DNA from: Leptospiraceae bacterium
GTDB taxonomy: Bacteria > Spirochaetota > Leptospiria > Leptospirales > Leptonemataceae
DNA: 64,000 nt
NCBI GenBank assembly: GCA_040217195.1
Contig: JAVJNR010000005.1
Coordinates: 320,001-384,000, forward strand
Reading direction: 5' to 3'
Shown: one piece after another, positions 39,393 through 49,710 of the stretch
How the letters are laid out: each line of letters begins with the position of its first letter
How positions within the stretch are numbered: position 1 is the stretch's first letter
Notes under the pieces: generated by a model
Told to the model about the DNA's origin: nothing
The model's database searches: none
The model's input: the letters and a program-made list of their open reading frames with translations, nothing else
Program-made: the position numbers and the translations under genes

Positions 39393-42065
39393 ATGAAATT
39401 ATCATTAAACTGGATCAATCAATACATCAAAGTCGCAGACATTCCTCTCGATGACCTGGTCAAAAAACTGACCCTGTCTACCTGCGAAGTGGAAGAGGTA
39501 ATTCCTGCTTTTCCTGATCTGGATAAACTCATAGTAGCCCGGGTTGAATCTCTGGAAAAACATCCAGATGCGGACCGATTGAATGTCTGCCAGGTATTTG
39601 ATGGAAAGAACAGATTGCAGGTGATTTGCGGCGCTTCCAATGTTCGGGCCGGGATTCATGTAATGTTCGCGCCGGTGGGCATTACTCTTGAAAATTCTCA
39701 GGAACCCCTGAAAATAGAAAAGCGAAAGATTCGCGGAGTGGAATCCAGCGGCATGATCTGCGCTCCTTCGGAAGCGGGAGCTGAGCTACTATTTCCCAAC
39801 CGAGAAGGGATTCTAATTCTGGATGATGAAGAACTGATCCTGGAAAACGGACCAGCCAGACCGGAAAAATACATTGGCAAACCGGTTTCCAGTCTGCTTC
39901 CAGTCACCGATACAATTCTGGATATAGACAATAAGTCCATTACCCATCGTCCGGATCTCTGGTGCCATTTTGGATTCGCCCGGGAAGTGGCTGCGATCTA
40001 CAGGCGAGACCTGATCTTCGATCCCCTGCAGACTCAGGCGCCATCCTCTATTAAGGCTCTGGAAAGCTACAAGATTGAAATTCGAAGCGAAGCTGCCCTG
40101 GGCTACAGTGGACTGTCTGCCACAGGAATCAACGTAGGCCCTTCCCCGCTCTGGCTTAGAGCCAGGCTTGCAGCCGTAGGACAGAAATCCATCAACAACA
40201 TTGTGGATGCCTCGAACTACGTTATGCTGGAACTGGCGCAGCCCAACCATGCATTCGATCGTAAGAAGTTAAATTGCAGCACCATTGCAATAGATAAAGC
40301 GGGCAAGAATGTGAAAGTGGATACTCTGGACGATGAATCCACGGAAGTACCGGAGAACTCTGTTTTGATTCTAGCTGAGGGTGGCTCACAGAAGAAGTCA
40401 AAACCGGTGGCTGTAGGCGGAATCATTGGTGGATCGGAAACCGCCATTTCAGATGAAACCACGGAGATCTTTCTGGAATCGGCCACGTTCCCCCGGGAGT
40501 TAATACGACGAACTCTTTCCCGACTGTCCAACCGGACGGACTCTGCTGTAAGATTTGAAAAAGGTCAGGACCCGGCGAAAATGATTCCTGCTCTCTATCG
40601 TCTAAGCGAAATCATTTCCAGGGTCAGTCCGAAGGCTCGCTTTGGCTCTGTGGTGAAATCCGGAGATACCAGGGGGCAGAAAAATACCATCAAGACATCC
40701 CTGGGATTCTTACAGAGTCGACTGGGCTTTCCTATTTCTGTTCGGGAAGTATCAGAAACTATGCAACGGCTATTCTTCCAGGTGTCTATCAACGGTCAGC
40801 TCCAGGAGAATTCTGTGGGCTCAGCGAAGACCGGTAACTCTAAGCAGCCTGCGAAAAAGGCTACAAAAAAGAAAACTGCAAAAGGTAAAGCCTCGGTTAG
40901 CAGTTCGAAAAAGAAATCCGCTTCAGCAAGCGAAGATGTTCCGGAATCTGTAGAGCTTAAGTTCACCGCTCCCACTTTTCGATCCCAGTACGATGTTTCC
41001 ATCCCGGAAGATATCATAGAAGAACTGGGTCGGATCTACGGTTACGATAATATTCCTGAAAAGGGACCGGCACCGGAACTGATTTCAGTCCCTCTCAATG
41101 AAAAGAGAAATCTGGAAATACAAATCAAGAATACGTTTCGCAGCCATGGATTCTACGAAACCCTGAACTATTCCTTCTGCTCCCAAAAGGATAACCAGCC
41201 CTATGGAAACCCGGGCCTTCGTATTTTGAACCCTGTGAATGCTTCCCAGGATCGAATGAGGCTTTCGCAGATTCCCGGTATTCTCAGGCAAGCAGCGTTG
41301 AACCAGAACAGGTTTGACTCTGTGCGATTACTGGAGCTGGGTCGGATTTTTGAACCGCCGAAGGAGCTCACCAGGTCCGCAGAAAAGAACCTACCTCGGG
41401 AAAGAAATCGTCTTTCTTTTGTATCTCTACCGGACGAAGAAAAGAATGCTTCCGAATCGACCGCCTTTGATGAATTCCTGAGAATGCGTTCAATCCTGGA
41501 AGCATTCCTTGCCGGTTGCAATGTTCAATATGAACTGAAAATCCCGGAGCAGAAGCAATTCTATCTGCATCCTGGATGTCAGCTGGAGATTCGCCTGCCG
41601 GCAGACAAAGCTACATCCCAACCGCACGCAGAGACCCTGCTGGGCTACGGCGGATTGATCCATCCAGGGTATGCCGGTTCATTCGAGCTAAAGCGTCCTG
41701 GCACTCTGTTCGATCTGGATTTTGATGTTCTTCAGGACCGGGTCGCTTATCAAAGCAGACAATCGTTCTATCGCCCTCCGGGCAACCAGCCAGATTCTCT
41801 ATTTGAGTTTACCGTTGTTCTAAAGAAAGACGATTCCACGGCAAGACCGCTGGCAATTGTAGAGGCCCTGAAAATTCAAGAAATCCAGGATATCGCTTTA
41901 AAGACCATCTACCGGGGAGCCCCTCTGGAGGCGGATGAGATGGCCGTTAGCTACAGGGTACGAGCTTCAAGACACAATGAGACCCTGGCCGGCAAGGATA
42001 GTCAGAAGATTCTGGACTCGATAATCGCAGCCCTGGAATCAGAAAAAATACCGCTTAGAAGCTAA
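39393..42065 (+). CDS. pheT: Phenylalanyl-tRNA synthetase beta subunit
   Basis: HPDADRL, RGVESSGM, ITHRPDL, RFEKG, EDIIEELGRIYGY. Confidence 0.95.
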   Translation: MKLSLNWINQYIKVADIPLDDLVKKLTLSTCEVEEVIPAFPDLDKLIVARVESLEKHPDADRLNVCQVFDGKNRLQVICGASNVRAGIHVMFAPVGITLENSQEPLKIEKRKIRGVESSGMICAPSEAGAELLFPNREGILILDDEELILENGPARPEKYIGKPVSSLLPVTDTILDIDNKSITHRPDLWCHFGFAREVAAIYRRDLIFDPLQTQAPSSIKALESYKIEIRSEAALGYSGLSATGINVGPSPLWLRARLAAVGQKSINNIVDASNYVMLELAQPNHAFDRKKLNCSTIAIDKAGKNVKVDTLDDESTEVPENSVLILAEGGSQKKSKPVAVGGIIGGSETAISDETTEIFLESATFPRELIRRTLSRLSNRTDSAVRFEKGQDPAKMIPALYRLSEIISRVSPKARFGSVVKSGDTRGQKNTIKTSLGFLQSRLGFPISVREVSETMQRLFFQVSINGQLQENSVGSAKTGNSKQPAKKATKKKTAKGKASVSSSKKKSASASEDVPESVELKFTAPTFRSQYDVSIPEDIIEELGRIYGYDNIPEKGPAPELISVPLNEKRNLEIQIKNTFRSHGFYETLNYSFCSQKDNQPYGNPGLRILNPVNASQDRMRLSQIPGILRQAALNQNRFDSVRLLELGRIFEPPKELTRSAEKNLPRERNRLSFVSLPDEEKNASESTAFDEFLRMRSILEAFLAGCNVQYELKIPEQKQFYLHPGCQLEIRLPADKATSQPHAETLLGYGGLIHPGYAGSFELKRPGTLFDLDFDVLQDRVAYQSRQSFYRPPGNQPDSLFEFTVVLKKDDSTARPLAIVEALKIQEIQDIALKTIYRGAPLEADEMAVSYRVRASRHNETLAGKDSQKILDSIIAALESEKIPLRS

Positions 42066-42085
42066 TTTTATCTTATCTTTTCGAG

Positions 42086-42973
42086 ATGGAAATTGAGAAA
42101 CGGGAAAGTCCCATTGATCTTGTACTGGAGCCAAAGACCAGCGACATAGGAGGCGGCTTTCTGGTACGGCGAACCCTGCCTTCCAGATCCCGGCGAATGG
42201 TCGGTCCCTTCATTTTCTTTGATCATATGGGGCCGGTGGAATTTCCTCCGGGGAAAGGAATGAAAGTCTTGCCCCATCCACACATCGGACTGGCAACTGT
42301 GACCTATCTATTCGACGGAGAAATCTTACATCGAGACAGCGCTGGCTTTACGCAAGCCATTCGCCCTGGAGCCATCAACTGGATGGTGGCAGGTCGAGGG
42401 ATCGTTCATTCTGAGCGAGTCAGTCCTGAAATTGAAAGATCCGGCCAGACAATTCATGGTATTCAGCTCTGGGTGGCACTGCCTGAAGCCTCAGAAGATA
42501 TGGAGCCTGCATTTTTCCATCATTCAGCAGACTCCCTGCCCCGACTGAGTCCACAGCCCGGACTGGAAATTCGAATACTAATTGGCTCTGCCTTTGGAGT
42601 AACATCTCCGGTGCATACTTATTCCAGAATGTTGTATGCAGAAGCAAAACTCAGCAAAGGCTGCGAATGGACAGTGCCTGTCCTGGAAAAGGAGCAGGCA
42701 CTTTATGTGGCCACAGGCTCCATTGAAGCAGACTCTAGTTCATTTTCATCCGGTTCCATGCTAGTAATAAAAGAAGGACAGGAGCTGCGCCTGTCTACCA
42801 GTGAAGAAACCATTCTGATGATCCTGGGTGGCGATTCGCCGGGAAAAAGAAAAATCTACTGGAACTTTGTACATTCCAGACCCGAAGTGATAGAACAGGC
42901 AAAGCAACTCTGGAAGGACCAGAAATTTCCAGCCATTGAAGGCGAAACGGAATTTGTGCCTCTGCCCGAATAA
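42086..42973 (+). CDS. Pirin family protein
   Basis: GPFIFFDHMGP, PHPHIGL, AGRGIVHSE, QLWVALP, WNFV. Confidence 0.94.
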   Translation: MEIEKRESPIDLVLEPKTSDIGGGFLVRRTLPSRSRRMVGPFIFFDHMGPVEFPPGKGMKVLPHPHIGLATVTYLFDGEILHRDSAGFTQAIRPGAINWMVAGRGIVHSERVSPEIERSGQTIHGIQLWVALPEASEDMEPAFFHHSADSLPRLSPQPGLEIRILIGSAFGVTSPVHTYSRMLYAEAKLSKGCEWTVPVLEKEQALYVATGSIEADSSSFSSGSMLVIKEGQELRLSTSEETILMILGGDSPGKRKIYWNFVHSRPEVIEQAKQLWKDQKFPAIEGETEFVPLPE

Positions 42974-43006
42974 ACGTCCGCCTACTGTGCCAGACAAGAA
43001 CTCATC

Positions 43007-43441
43007 GTGCGAATTCGAAGGAAGATAAAGACCTATCTGCGATTTATCCGCGCCCGTTTTAATCGAAGCCTGGGAGCGTTGCTTTCTATTCTGGCGCTTG
43101 CAGCATGGGCGGCCGGTTGGATTCCAGGACTACATGCCTTTGTATTAATCTGCGTATCCATCGCCATTTTTCTGTATCGAAAGCCACCAGAACAAGATCT
43201 GGGCCTTGATATGCAGAAGAAGGAACCGGAGCCGGTTGTAGTAGCCCAGAGCGCAAACTATGCATTGATCCAAATCTGGGCAGAATCCCTGCACGATGAA
43301 GGCATACCCACAGAGACCAGGGATGAATTTATTGGAAGTATCCTTTCCCAGCCAGGAAGAAGCTACTCCGAGATCAAACTGCTGGTTCCTCCTGTATTCG
43401 AAAAAAGGGCCAGATTAATTCTTCAGGAAGGTAATTCCTGA
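43007..43441 (+). CDS. Membrane protein with a DUF2007-like C-terminal domain
   Basis: Two TM segments, then L.DEGI...DE...IKLLVP...RA..IL. Confidence 0.6.
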   Translation: MRIRRKIKTYLRFIRARFNRSLGALLSILALAAWAAGWIPGLHAFVLICVSIAIFLYRKPPEQDLGLDMQKKEPEPVVVAQSANYALIQIWAESLHDEGIPTETRDEFIGSILSQPGRSYSEIKLLVPPVFEKRARLILQEGNS

Positions 43442-43965
43442 TGCCTGAAATGGATAGATATATTCTTCGCACGGAACGCTTAATCCTTCGGCCGGTTACC
43501 GGATCTGATCTACCGGATTTGCATACAATTTTCGTGAACCCACATGTTCGAAAGTATCTGCTGGATGATACAATTATGGATGAGCAGTGGACTCAATCCA
43601 TCATTGATCGCAGCATTCTACGATTCGAAAAAGAGAAATGCGGCATCTGGATCATGGACTATAACAATGCAAAAGCTGGATTCGTTGGAATGCATACATT
43701 TCATGATCCGCCAGAGTTACAACTGCTCTATGGACTGTTACCAGAGTACTGTGGTCTTGGTCTTGCAACAGAAGCCGCCAGCAAAGTAATTGATTACTGC
43801 TTTGAACTGGGGCATGCAAAGGTTCTGGCAAGTACCGATGAACCGAACCAGAACTCAGAAAAGGTAATGCAACGTCTTGGAATGAAATTTGTAAAAAAAG
43901 AATCCCTGAGCACGGGCCTCACTTTGTTCTATGAAATCTATTTAGATCCGCATACTGGCCCCTAG
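43441..43965 (+). CDS. GNAT N-acetyltransferase (RimJ/RimL type)
   Basis: TERLILRP, GLGLATEA, N..S.KV..RLGM. Confidence 0.9.
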   Translation: MPEMDRYILRTERLILRPVTGSDLPDLHTIFVNPHVRKYLLDDTIMDEQWTQSIIDRSILRFEKEKCGIWIMDYNNAKAGFVGMHTFHDPPELQLLYGLLPEYCGLGLATEAASKVIDYCFELGHAKVLASTDEPNQNSEKVMQRLGMKFVKKESLSTGLTLFYEIYLDPHTGP

Positions 43966-44010
43966 CTTTATTTCATTGCAATTTGTAGCAGATGTTGGAA
44001 GCTTCATTTA

Positions 44011-45882
44011 ATGGAAGGAGTCAACCAGGAGAAGCAGAGGCTGGCCGCTTTGTACAGCTACGAAATTCTGGATACAGATGCGGAGCAGGCCTTCGATGAC
44101 CTGGTCGCAATGGCCTCTTTTATCTGTAAGACTCCTATTTCCCTGGTATCTCTGGTGGATTCTGGCCGGCAATGGTTCAAAGCCCGTGTTGGAATTGATA
44201 TCCAGGAAACTTCTAGAGACGTTTCCTTTTGTTCCTATGCTATTCAGGAAAGAGGGGTTTTTGAAATAGAAGATGCCAGTACCGATGAGCGATTCTATTT
44301 AAATCCTCTGGTGCAAGAAGATCCAAATATTAGATTCTATGCAGGCGCTCCACTACTAACTCCTGAAGGCGAAGCAATCGGCACTCTATGTGTCATAGAT
44401 AGACAGCCGGGAAAATTGAGTGAGGAGCAAAAAGATCTGCTGAAACGCATGGCAAACCAGGTCATGAATCAAATGGAGCTTCGAAAAAGGATCAAGGAAG
44501 AGAAAGCCATTCGTAGCGCTTTAAAACAAACCCTGGGATTACAGAAAGCCATTTTCGATAGCGCCAATTTTAGCATCATTTCCACAGATCTGGATGGAAT
44601 CATCCATACCTTCAACCACGGCGCTTCCAGGATGCTTGGCTACTCCGTAGATGAGATTGTAGGCAAAACAGATCCGGGTATTTTCCATGATTCCCATGAA
44701 ATAGTGAACCGGGCCATCGAACTGTCCAGGCAGATGGATAGAATGATTAACCCTGGCTTTGAAGTCTTTGTAACCACATGCCATGAAACGTTGAAACCGG
44801 ATGAAAGGGAGTGGACTTATATTCGAAAAGACGGCAGCCGATTTCCGGTGCTGCTTTCCATAACTCCGGTGCTACAGGACGGCCGAATTATAGGCTACCT
44901 GGGAATTGCACGAGATATCTCAGAAACGCGAAAACTTCAAATAGAACGAGAGGAGATGTCCGAAGAGATTGTCCGTGCAAATAAGCTGCTGGAAGCTGAA
45001 CTGGAAGAAGCCTCTGTAAGGTACAAGCATCTGGTTGAGGCTTCGCCGGAAATGATCTTTTCCATGGAACTGGATGGAACATTGCGTTCCATGAATCATC
45101 GAGTAAAAAGCCTTCTAGGCTATGCTCCGGAAGACGTGGTTGGAAAGAATATCATGGATCTTCTGGGAAAGGATTCCAGCGCCTTTAACTTTGAAGGAAG
45201 ACTCCTTCTCGATCGACTAAAGAACCTGACAGAAGATCGTCGCAGAATTGAGACCGACTTGCCTTTTCTGACTCGTGGAGGGAATACACTGGAGCTCCAT
45301 ATTACCCTGGACTATGTCCATCTTGGCTGGCCCATTGTATTTGGCCGGGCTGCACAAATTCATCATGATGTGTTGAGCCAGTATGTAATCTCCGCGTCCC
45401 GGGAACTGGAGCTAGGAAACGATATTCAGCTCATTGACTCCATAAGCAAAAGTATTGCAGAAACGGCATCTCGTTGTATGGATGAATCAGACCGAATGGG
45501 CGTGACTCTGGGGATCCGTGAGATGCTGATCAATGCAATTGAACACGGAAACCTGGGCATCTCTTTTGAAGAAAAAAGCCAGGCACTGGAAGAGGACAGA
45601 TACTTTGACCTGGTAAGGTACAGGCTGCAGGATCCGCAGGTTCGCAAAAAACGCATCCGGGTAGGATTTGATTTTAATCAGAATCAGCTTGAGGTCAGGA
45701 TTACCGATGAAGGCAGAGGCTTTAATACCGAGGAAATGCTATCCAGAGATATTCATTCAGACCAGGAGCGAAAAAGGATGCATGGGCGGGGCATTCGAAT
45801 TACACGTGAAATGTTCGACGAGATTCGCTACGATGGGAAAGGAAGTGAAGTGAAATTAAAGAAAATTTTCAGACCCTCCTGA
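44011..45882 (+). CDS. GAF-PAS-PAS protein with an RsbW-like HATPase (anti-sigma/Ser kinase) output
   Basis: GAF (RFYAGAPL), two PAS domains, EMLINAIEHGN, DEGRGF, GRGI; no HisKA visible. Confidence 0.85.
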   Translation: MEGVNQEKQRLAALYSYEILDTDAEQAFDDLVAMASFICKTPISLVSLVDSGRQWFKARVGIDIQETSRDVSFCSYAIQERGVFEIEDASTDERFYLNPLVQEDPNIRFYAGAPLLTPEGEAIGTLCVIDRQPGKLSEEQKDLLKRMANQVMNQMELRKRIKEEKAIRSALKQTLGLQKAIFDSANFSIISTDLDGIIHTFNHGASRMLGYSVDEIVGKTDPGIFHDSHEIVNRAIELSRQMDRMINPGFEVFVTTCHETLKPDEREWTYIRKDGSRFPVLLSITPVLQDGRIIGYLGIARDISETRKLQIEREEMSEEIVRANKLLEAELEEASVRYKHLVEASPEMIFSMELDGTLRSMNHRVKSLLGYAPEDVVGKNIMDLLGKDSSAFNFEGRLLLDRLKNLTEDRRRIETDLPFLTRGGNTLELHITLDYVHLGWPIVFGRAAQIHHDVLSQYVISASRELELGNDIQLIDSISKSIAETASRCMDESDRMGVTLGIREMLINAIEHGNLGISFEEKSQALEEDRYFDLVRYRLQDPQVRKKRIRVGFDFNQNQLEVRITDEGRGFNTEEMLSRDIHSDQERKRMHGRGIRITREMFDEIRYDGKGSEVKLKKIFRPS

Positions 45883-46026
45883 ATCAGTTTTTTAGTTTTA
45901 TTGGTTCTCGCACCACCGCCGCATTGCTTTATACCAATCCTTCGTGCCTGGCTTTTCATTAGTCAATATACATAAAACCTATAATAGGGAGCGCTGCCCA
46001 GGCCCATTTTAGCTTCAGACCGGAAG

Positions 46027-47016
46027 CTACTGATCTAGATTTTCAATGTATTTCAGATAGGCGGAATATCGTAGAGGCACTTCTTCATAGGAAAGACGAT
46101 CCTTGAGCAAGTCGAAGTAAAACATGGCCTGCTTCTTCTTACCTTTGCTATGTAGAATCTTTCCCGCCTCAAAGGCAGCTTCGTATACATTGCCGGATTG
46201 TGCGATCACATATGGGTTGTATCGATAGGGAGAGTCGTAGCTGGATACGATTCGCTGGAACATCGCTAGAGCTAAATCCTCCCGGCCCTCTTTAAGCAAT
46301 TCCATGGCCTTTTCAAAATCTGCACTGGTCTTACTACCCAGCGACGATTCCCCGGCAGGTTGAAACAAAGATTTCAAAACCGCTGGGCCGGGAGTGGAAT
46401 GGGGACGGTACCATTGAACCATTAACTTTCCGTTCTTTCCTTTTTTTCCGTATTCCAGTCGCAGCGATACCTTTTCCAGACCCAGAGATTCCAGATAGGA
46501 AATGAGTCCAGACAACTGCTGGTAATCTGGTGTTGCAGGCCCTTCGACTTCCGCAAATTCCAGAGAAAGAGTGGGATTTACCAGAGATGTCATCCCTTCC
46601 AGGCTGCGATCCACCGGAAATTGCATACTATTTGCAGAAAGAGAATTCTTTCTGGAGAGATGCAACTTCAAAGGCATTCCAGCCAGCTCCCGAAACCTGG
46701 ATTCAATTTTCTCAAGAAGCAGCGCTTCCCAGGTTTTCAGCAGATAGTTCTCATATATTACCTGGTCATTGGAATAGCTGTAGTTTAGTTGGAATTTTAG
46801 CCGAGGCTTCTTCTCAGGAGTTAGTTCCAGGCGGGCCATGCCCCAGTTTCCTTCATTACGCTGCATATCCAGCGATTCTACCTTGAAGGACTCCAGATAC
46901 CTGCTTTCCAGATATCGCAGCGACTCCTGGGCTACAGTTTCTGCAGACGTACACTGGAGCAGATACCCGGCGCAGAGTACCAGCAATACAAAGGGGAAGG
47001 TCTGGATCTCTTTCAT
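46027..47016 (-). CDS. Hypothetical lipoprotein with a TPR-like C-terminus
   Basis: Signal ending LLQC; helical-repeat C-terminus. Confidence 0.7.
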   Translation of the reverse strand: MKEIQTFPFVLLVLCAGYLLQCTSAETVAQESLRYLESRYLESFKVESLDMQRNEGNWGMARLELTPEKKPRLKFQLNYSYSNDQVIYENYLLKTWEALLLEKIESRFRELAGMPLKLHLSRKNSLSANSMQFPVDRSLEGMTSLVNPTLSLEFAEVEGPATPDYQQLSGLISYLESLGLEKVSLRLEYGKKGKNGKLMVQWYRPHSTPGPAVLKSLFQPAGESSLGSKTSADFEKAMELLKEGREDLALAMFQRIVSSYDSPYRYNPYVIAQSGNVYEAAFEAGKILHSKGKKKQAMFYFDLLKDRLSYEEVPLRYSAYLKYIENLDQ

Positions 47017-47119
47017 GTTATTCTGTGCGATTCTTTAACAACTGGATGCAAACCATGGATAGTAGCAGCCAGGGGCAGTTCCCCAGCCGAAGGGGGCCCG
47101 GCGGTTGCCATAAATTCAT

Positions 47120-47228
47120 TTATCTGATTAAAGGGATTTCTGGCCACCGATTCATCCTTTTGATGAAAGGGGTCTGCAATTACAGATCCCTTGTCTGATG
47201 AGGGATCTTCCGGCCGCCGGTTCATCCT
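47120..47228. repeat. Diverged two-copy ~38-bp direct repeat, ~70 bp apart
   Basis: TTATCTGATTAAAGGGATTTCTGGCCACCGATTCATCCT versus TTGTCTGATGAGGGATCTTCCGGCCGCCGGTTCATCCT. Confidence 0.65.
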
Positions 47229-47349
47229 ACGGGTAAAAGGCTTTCCGGCTGCCAATTGAACTATATTGATATCAACTGGCTACCGGAGCTCAATAAGAAG
47301 TCCATTCAGGCTGCTTCTGCGAAATGCAGTAGGCAGCCCTCCACCGGGA

Positions 47350-48282
47350 TTACTTCTTCGCTGGATCCCCGGGAGCAAAGTTGCTCAGGCCATCCAAAAC
47401 ATCATCGATGCGAGAAAGATCCATGGGGAGAATCACCTGATTGCCTTCGCTGGCAATCCCTTCAAGCTTTCGCAGATAGTCCTCTGCCAGAGTCAAATAA
47501 ACGGCCGAAGATCCCCCGGGCTGAATGATAGACTGAGCAATCTTTTCAATACCTATTGCTGTAGCCTGAGCCAGAGATTCGATTTCCCGGGCCCTACCTT
47601 CTGCTTCATTGATCAGTTTTTGCTTTTCACCTTCCGAACGATTAATCATTTCCTGCATTTGACCTTCGGATCGGTTAATCTTACTGCGCATATCCCCTTC
47701 GGATATAGCAATCACAGCTCTCTTCTCTCGCTCAGCAGTCATCTGCTTTTCCATAGCATCAATTACTGATTCTGGAGGACTGATGTTCTGAATCTCATAA
47801 CGAAGAATCTTGATACCCCAGAAATCTGCAGCTTCATCCACTACTTTAACAATCTGTGCATTAATCGCTTCTCGTTCCTCGAAAGTCTTATCCAGGTCCA
47901 TATGACCGAATACAGATCTCATTGTTGTCTGAGCCAGTTGAATCAATGCATATCGATAGTTGGTGACGTTGTAGCCGGCCTTATAGGGATCCACAACCTT
48001 CATATACACAACGCCATCAACAGAGATAAGAACATTATCTCTTGTAATGCAGAGCTGGGAAGGAACATCTATGGCTTCTTCTTTCAGAGTTAGCTTATAG
48101 GCTACCTGGTCGAAGAATGGAACCAGAGGATGAAAACCTGCATACAGGCTTTTTCTGTATTTACCCAGACGCTCTACAATGTAAACATCCTGGGCAGGGA
48201 CAATTCGAATGGCCTTTGCAAACTTATATAGTACAAAGAGACCGAAAATGATGTAAAAAATTAATCCAAGAGTATCTAACAT
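47350..48282 (-). CDS. SPFH/stomatin (QmcA-like) protein
   Basis: VERLGKY, ITRDNV, AQTTMRS, QMTAEREKRA. Confidence 0.93.
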   Translation of the reverse strand: MLDTLGLIFYIIFGLFVLYKFAKAIRIVPAQDVYIVERLGKYRKSLYAGFHPLVPFFDQVAYKLTLKEEAIDVPSQLCITRDNVLISVDGVVYMKVVDPYKAGYNVTNYRYALIQLAQTTMRSVFGHMDLDKTFEEREAINAQIVKVVDEAADFWGIKILRYEIQNISPPESVIDAMEKQMTAEREKRAVIAISEGDMRSKINRSEGQMQEMINRSEGEKQKLINEAEGRAREIESLAQATAIGIEKIAQSIIQPGGSSAVYLTLAEDYLRKLEGIASEGNQVILPMDLSRIDDVLDGLSNFAPGDPAKK

Positions 48283-48303
48283 AATCTTTCTCCAGACTCA
48301 GGC

Positions 48304-49245
48304 TCAGCCCTGTCTTCCTCCTGTAGTTTTTCCTGGACTTTCCAGGCCGCTCATCAGCCCTTTCAGACCTTCGAATGTGCTCTGGATGGTTGCAGGTCCC
48401 AGAGGCACTACCTGAGTTCTGGACTTTTCCACTACCTGGCCGAACCGCTTGATAAACTCTTCAGCGATTCGCAGTCTGACTGCATCATCGCCGCCGGGCT
48501 TCTGAATTGCGGAAGCCACCAGCTGAATGGAATTGGCCGTGGCAGCCGAGATAAGCTCAATTTGCCGCGCCTGGCCTTCAGCCACATTAATCCTTCGCTG
48601 TTTTTCACCTTCAGACATGTTAATCGCTTCTTGACGATCCCCTTCCGACCGGTTAATGGTAGCTGCCCGCTCCCCTTCGGAATGGAAAATTTCAGCCCGC
48701 TTATCTCGCTCGGCAGTCATTTGCTTTTCCATGGTGGCCAGCACTGAACGAGGAGGCATGATGTTCTTAATCTCATACCGAATTACCTTAACTCCCCAGG
48801 GATCGCTGGCCATATCCACTGCCTGAATAATATCTTCGTTGATTTTTTCCCTTTCCATGAAGGTGCGATCCATCTCTATCTTACCGATTTCAGATCGCAT
48901 ATTGGTCTGAGCCAACTGAATGGAAGCAAATCTGTAATCACTGATGCCATAGCTGGCTTTGGTGGGATCCAGTACCTTCAAATACAGGATTCCATCCACT
49001 TCCACCTGAACGTTGTCCCTGGTAATACATACCTGAGGAGGCACATCGATGGTTTGCTCTTTGAGGATATGCCGGTAGGCCACTCGATCCACAATAGGAA
49101 TCAGGAAATGAAATCCTGGCTCCAGTACCTTATTGAAGTTACCCAGTCGTTCCTTGACATAGGCATGTTGTTGAGGCACAATAACAAAGGTTTTAATCAC
49201 CAGTAGAATTATAACGACCAGTGCAACAGCGCTGTAAAATAGCAT
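48304..49245 (-). CDS. SPFH/stomatin (QmcA-like) protein, paralogue
   Basis: ERLGNF, ITRDNV, AQTNMRS, QMTAERDKRA; start MLFYSAV with GGAG RBS. Confidence 0.93.
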   Translation of the reverse strand: MLFYSAVALVVIILLVIKTFVIVPQQHAYVKERLGNFNKVLEPGFHFLIPIVDRVAYRHILKEQTIDVPPQVCITRDNVQVEVDGILYLKVLDPTKASYGISDYRFASIQLAQTNMRSEIGKIEMDRTFMEREKINEDIIQAVDMASDPWGVKVIRYEIKNIMPPRSVLATMEKQMTAERDKRAEIFHSEGERAATINRSEGDRQEAINMSEGEKQRRINVAEGQARQIELISAATANSIQLVASAIQKPGGDDAVRLRIAEEFIKRFGQVVEKSRTQVVPLGPATIQSTFEGLKGLMSGLESPGKTTGGRQG

Positions 49246-49246
49246 T

Positions 49247-49708
49247 TTAGTTCTCCTTGGGGGCTCCGTAAACGATAAGGGTGAGATTGTCCCGTCCAGC
49301 AATTTTTGCAAAACTACCTGCCGGAATCTGCTCGGCCGGGTCCTGACATCGGGCTTTCCAGGTAGTTCCCATGAAACGTACCCGTCCTCGATCCGATTTT
49401 CCATCCACCAGATTCACTACTTCCACGTCTCGATCCAGATATTCGGATTCATCACTGCCTTCGGTTTTTTCAAGGGAAGGAAAGATCTTACGTACCTGCT
49501 CGCGCAGAAGTCCAATCATGAGGCCCGAAGAGATGAGCCAGAAAAACATCTGACCTGCAAGACCGGGAATCAAATCAAAGAATACAATGGCTCCGGTCAG
49601 CAATGCACCGAAGCCAAGAAATATTACAACCAGCCCTGGAATGAAAGGCTCCAGGACTATCAAGGCCAGACCGATGGAAAGCCAGACCAGATAGGAAAAT
49701 CCACCCAT
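49247..49708 (-). CDS. NfeD-family protein
   Basis: TM N-terminus, OB-fold GRVRFMGTTWKA; precedes the SPFH genes. Confidence 0.88.
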   Translation of the reverse strand: MGGFSYLVWLSIGLALIVLEPFIPGLVVIFLGFGALLTGAIVFFDLIPGLAGQMFFWLISSGLMIGLLREQVRKIFPSLEKTEGSDESEYLDRDVEVVNLVDGKSDRGRVRFMGTTWKARCQDPAEQIPAGSFAKIAGRDNLTLIVYGAPKEN

Positions 49709-49710
49709 AG

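Noticed and set aside
47195..47240. Hammerhead ribozyme (CTGATGAG)
   Set aside because: No stem II followed by GAAA at the required position
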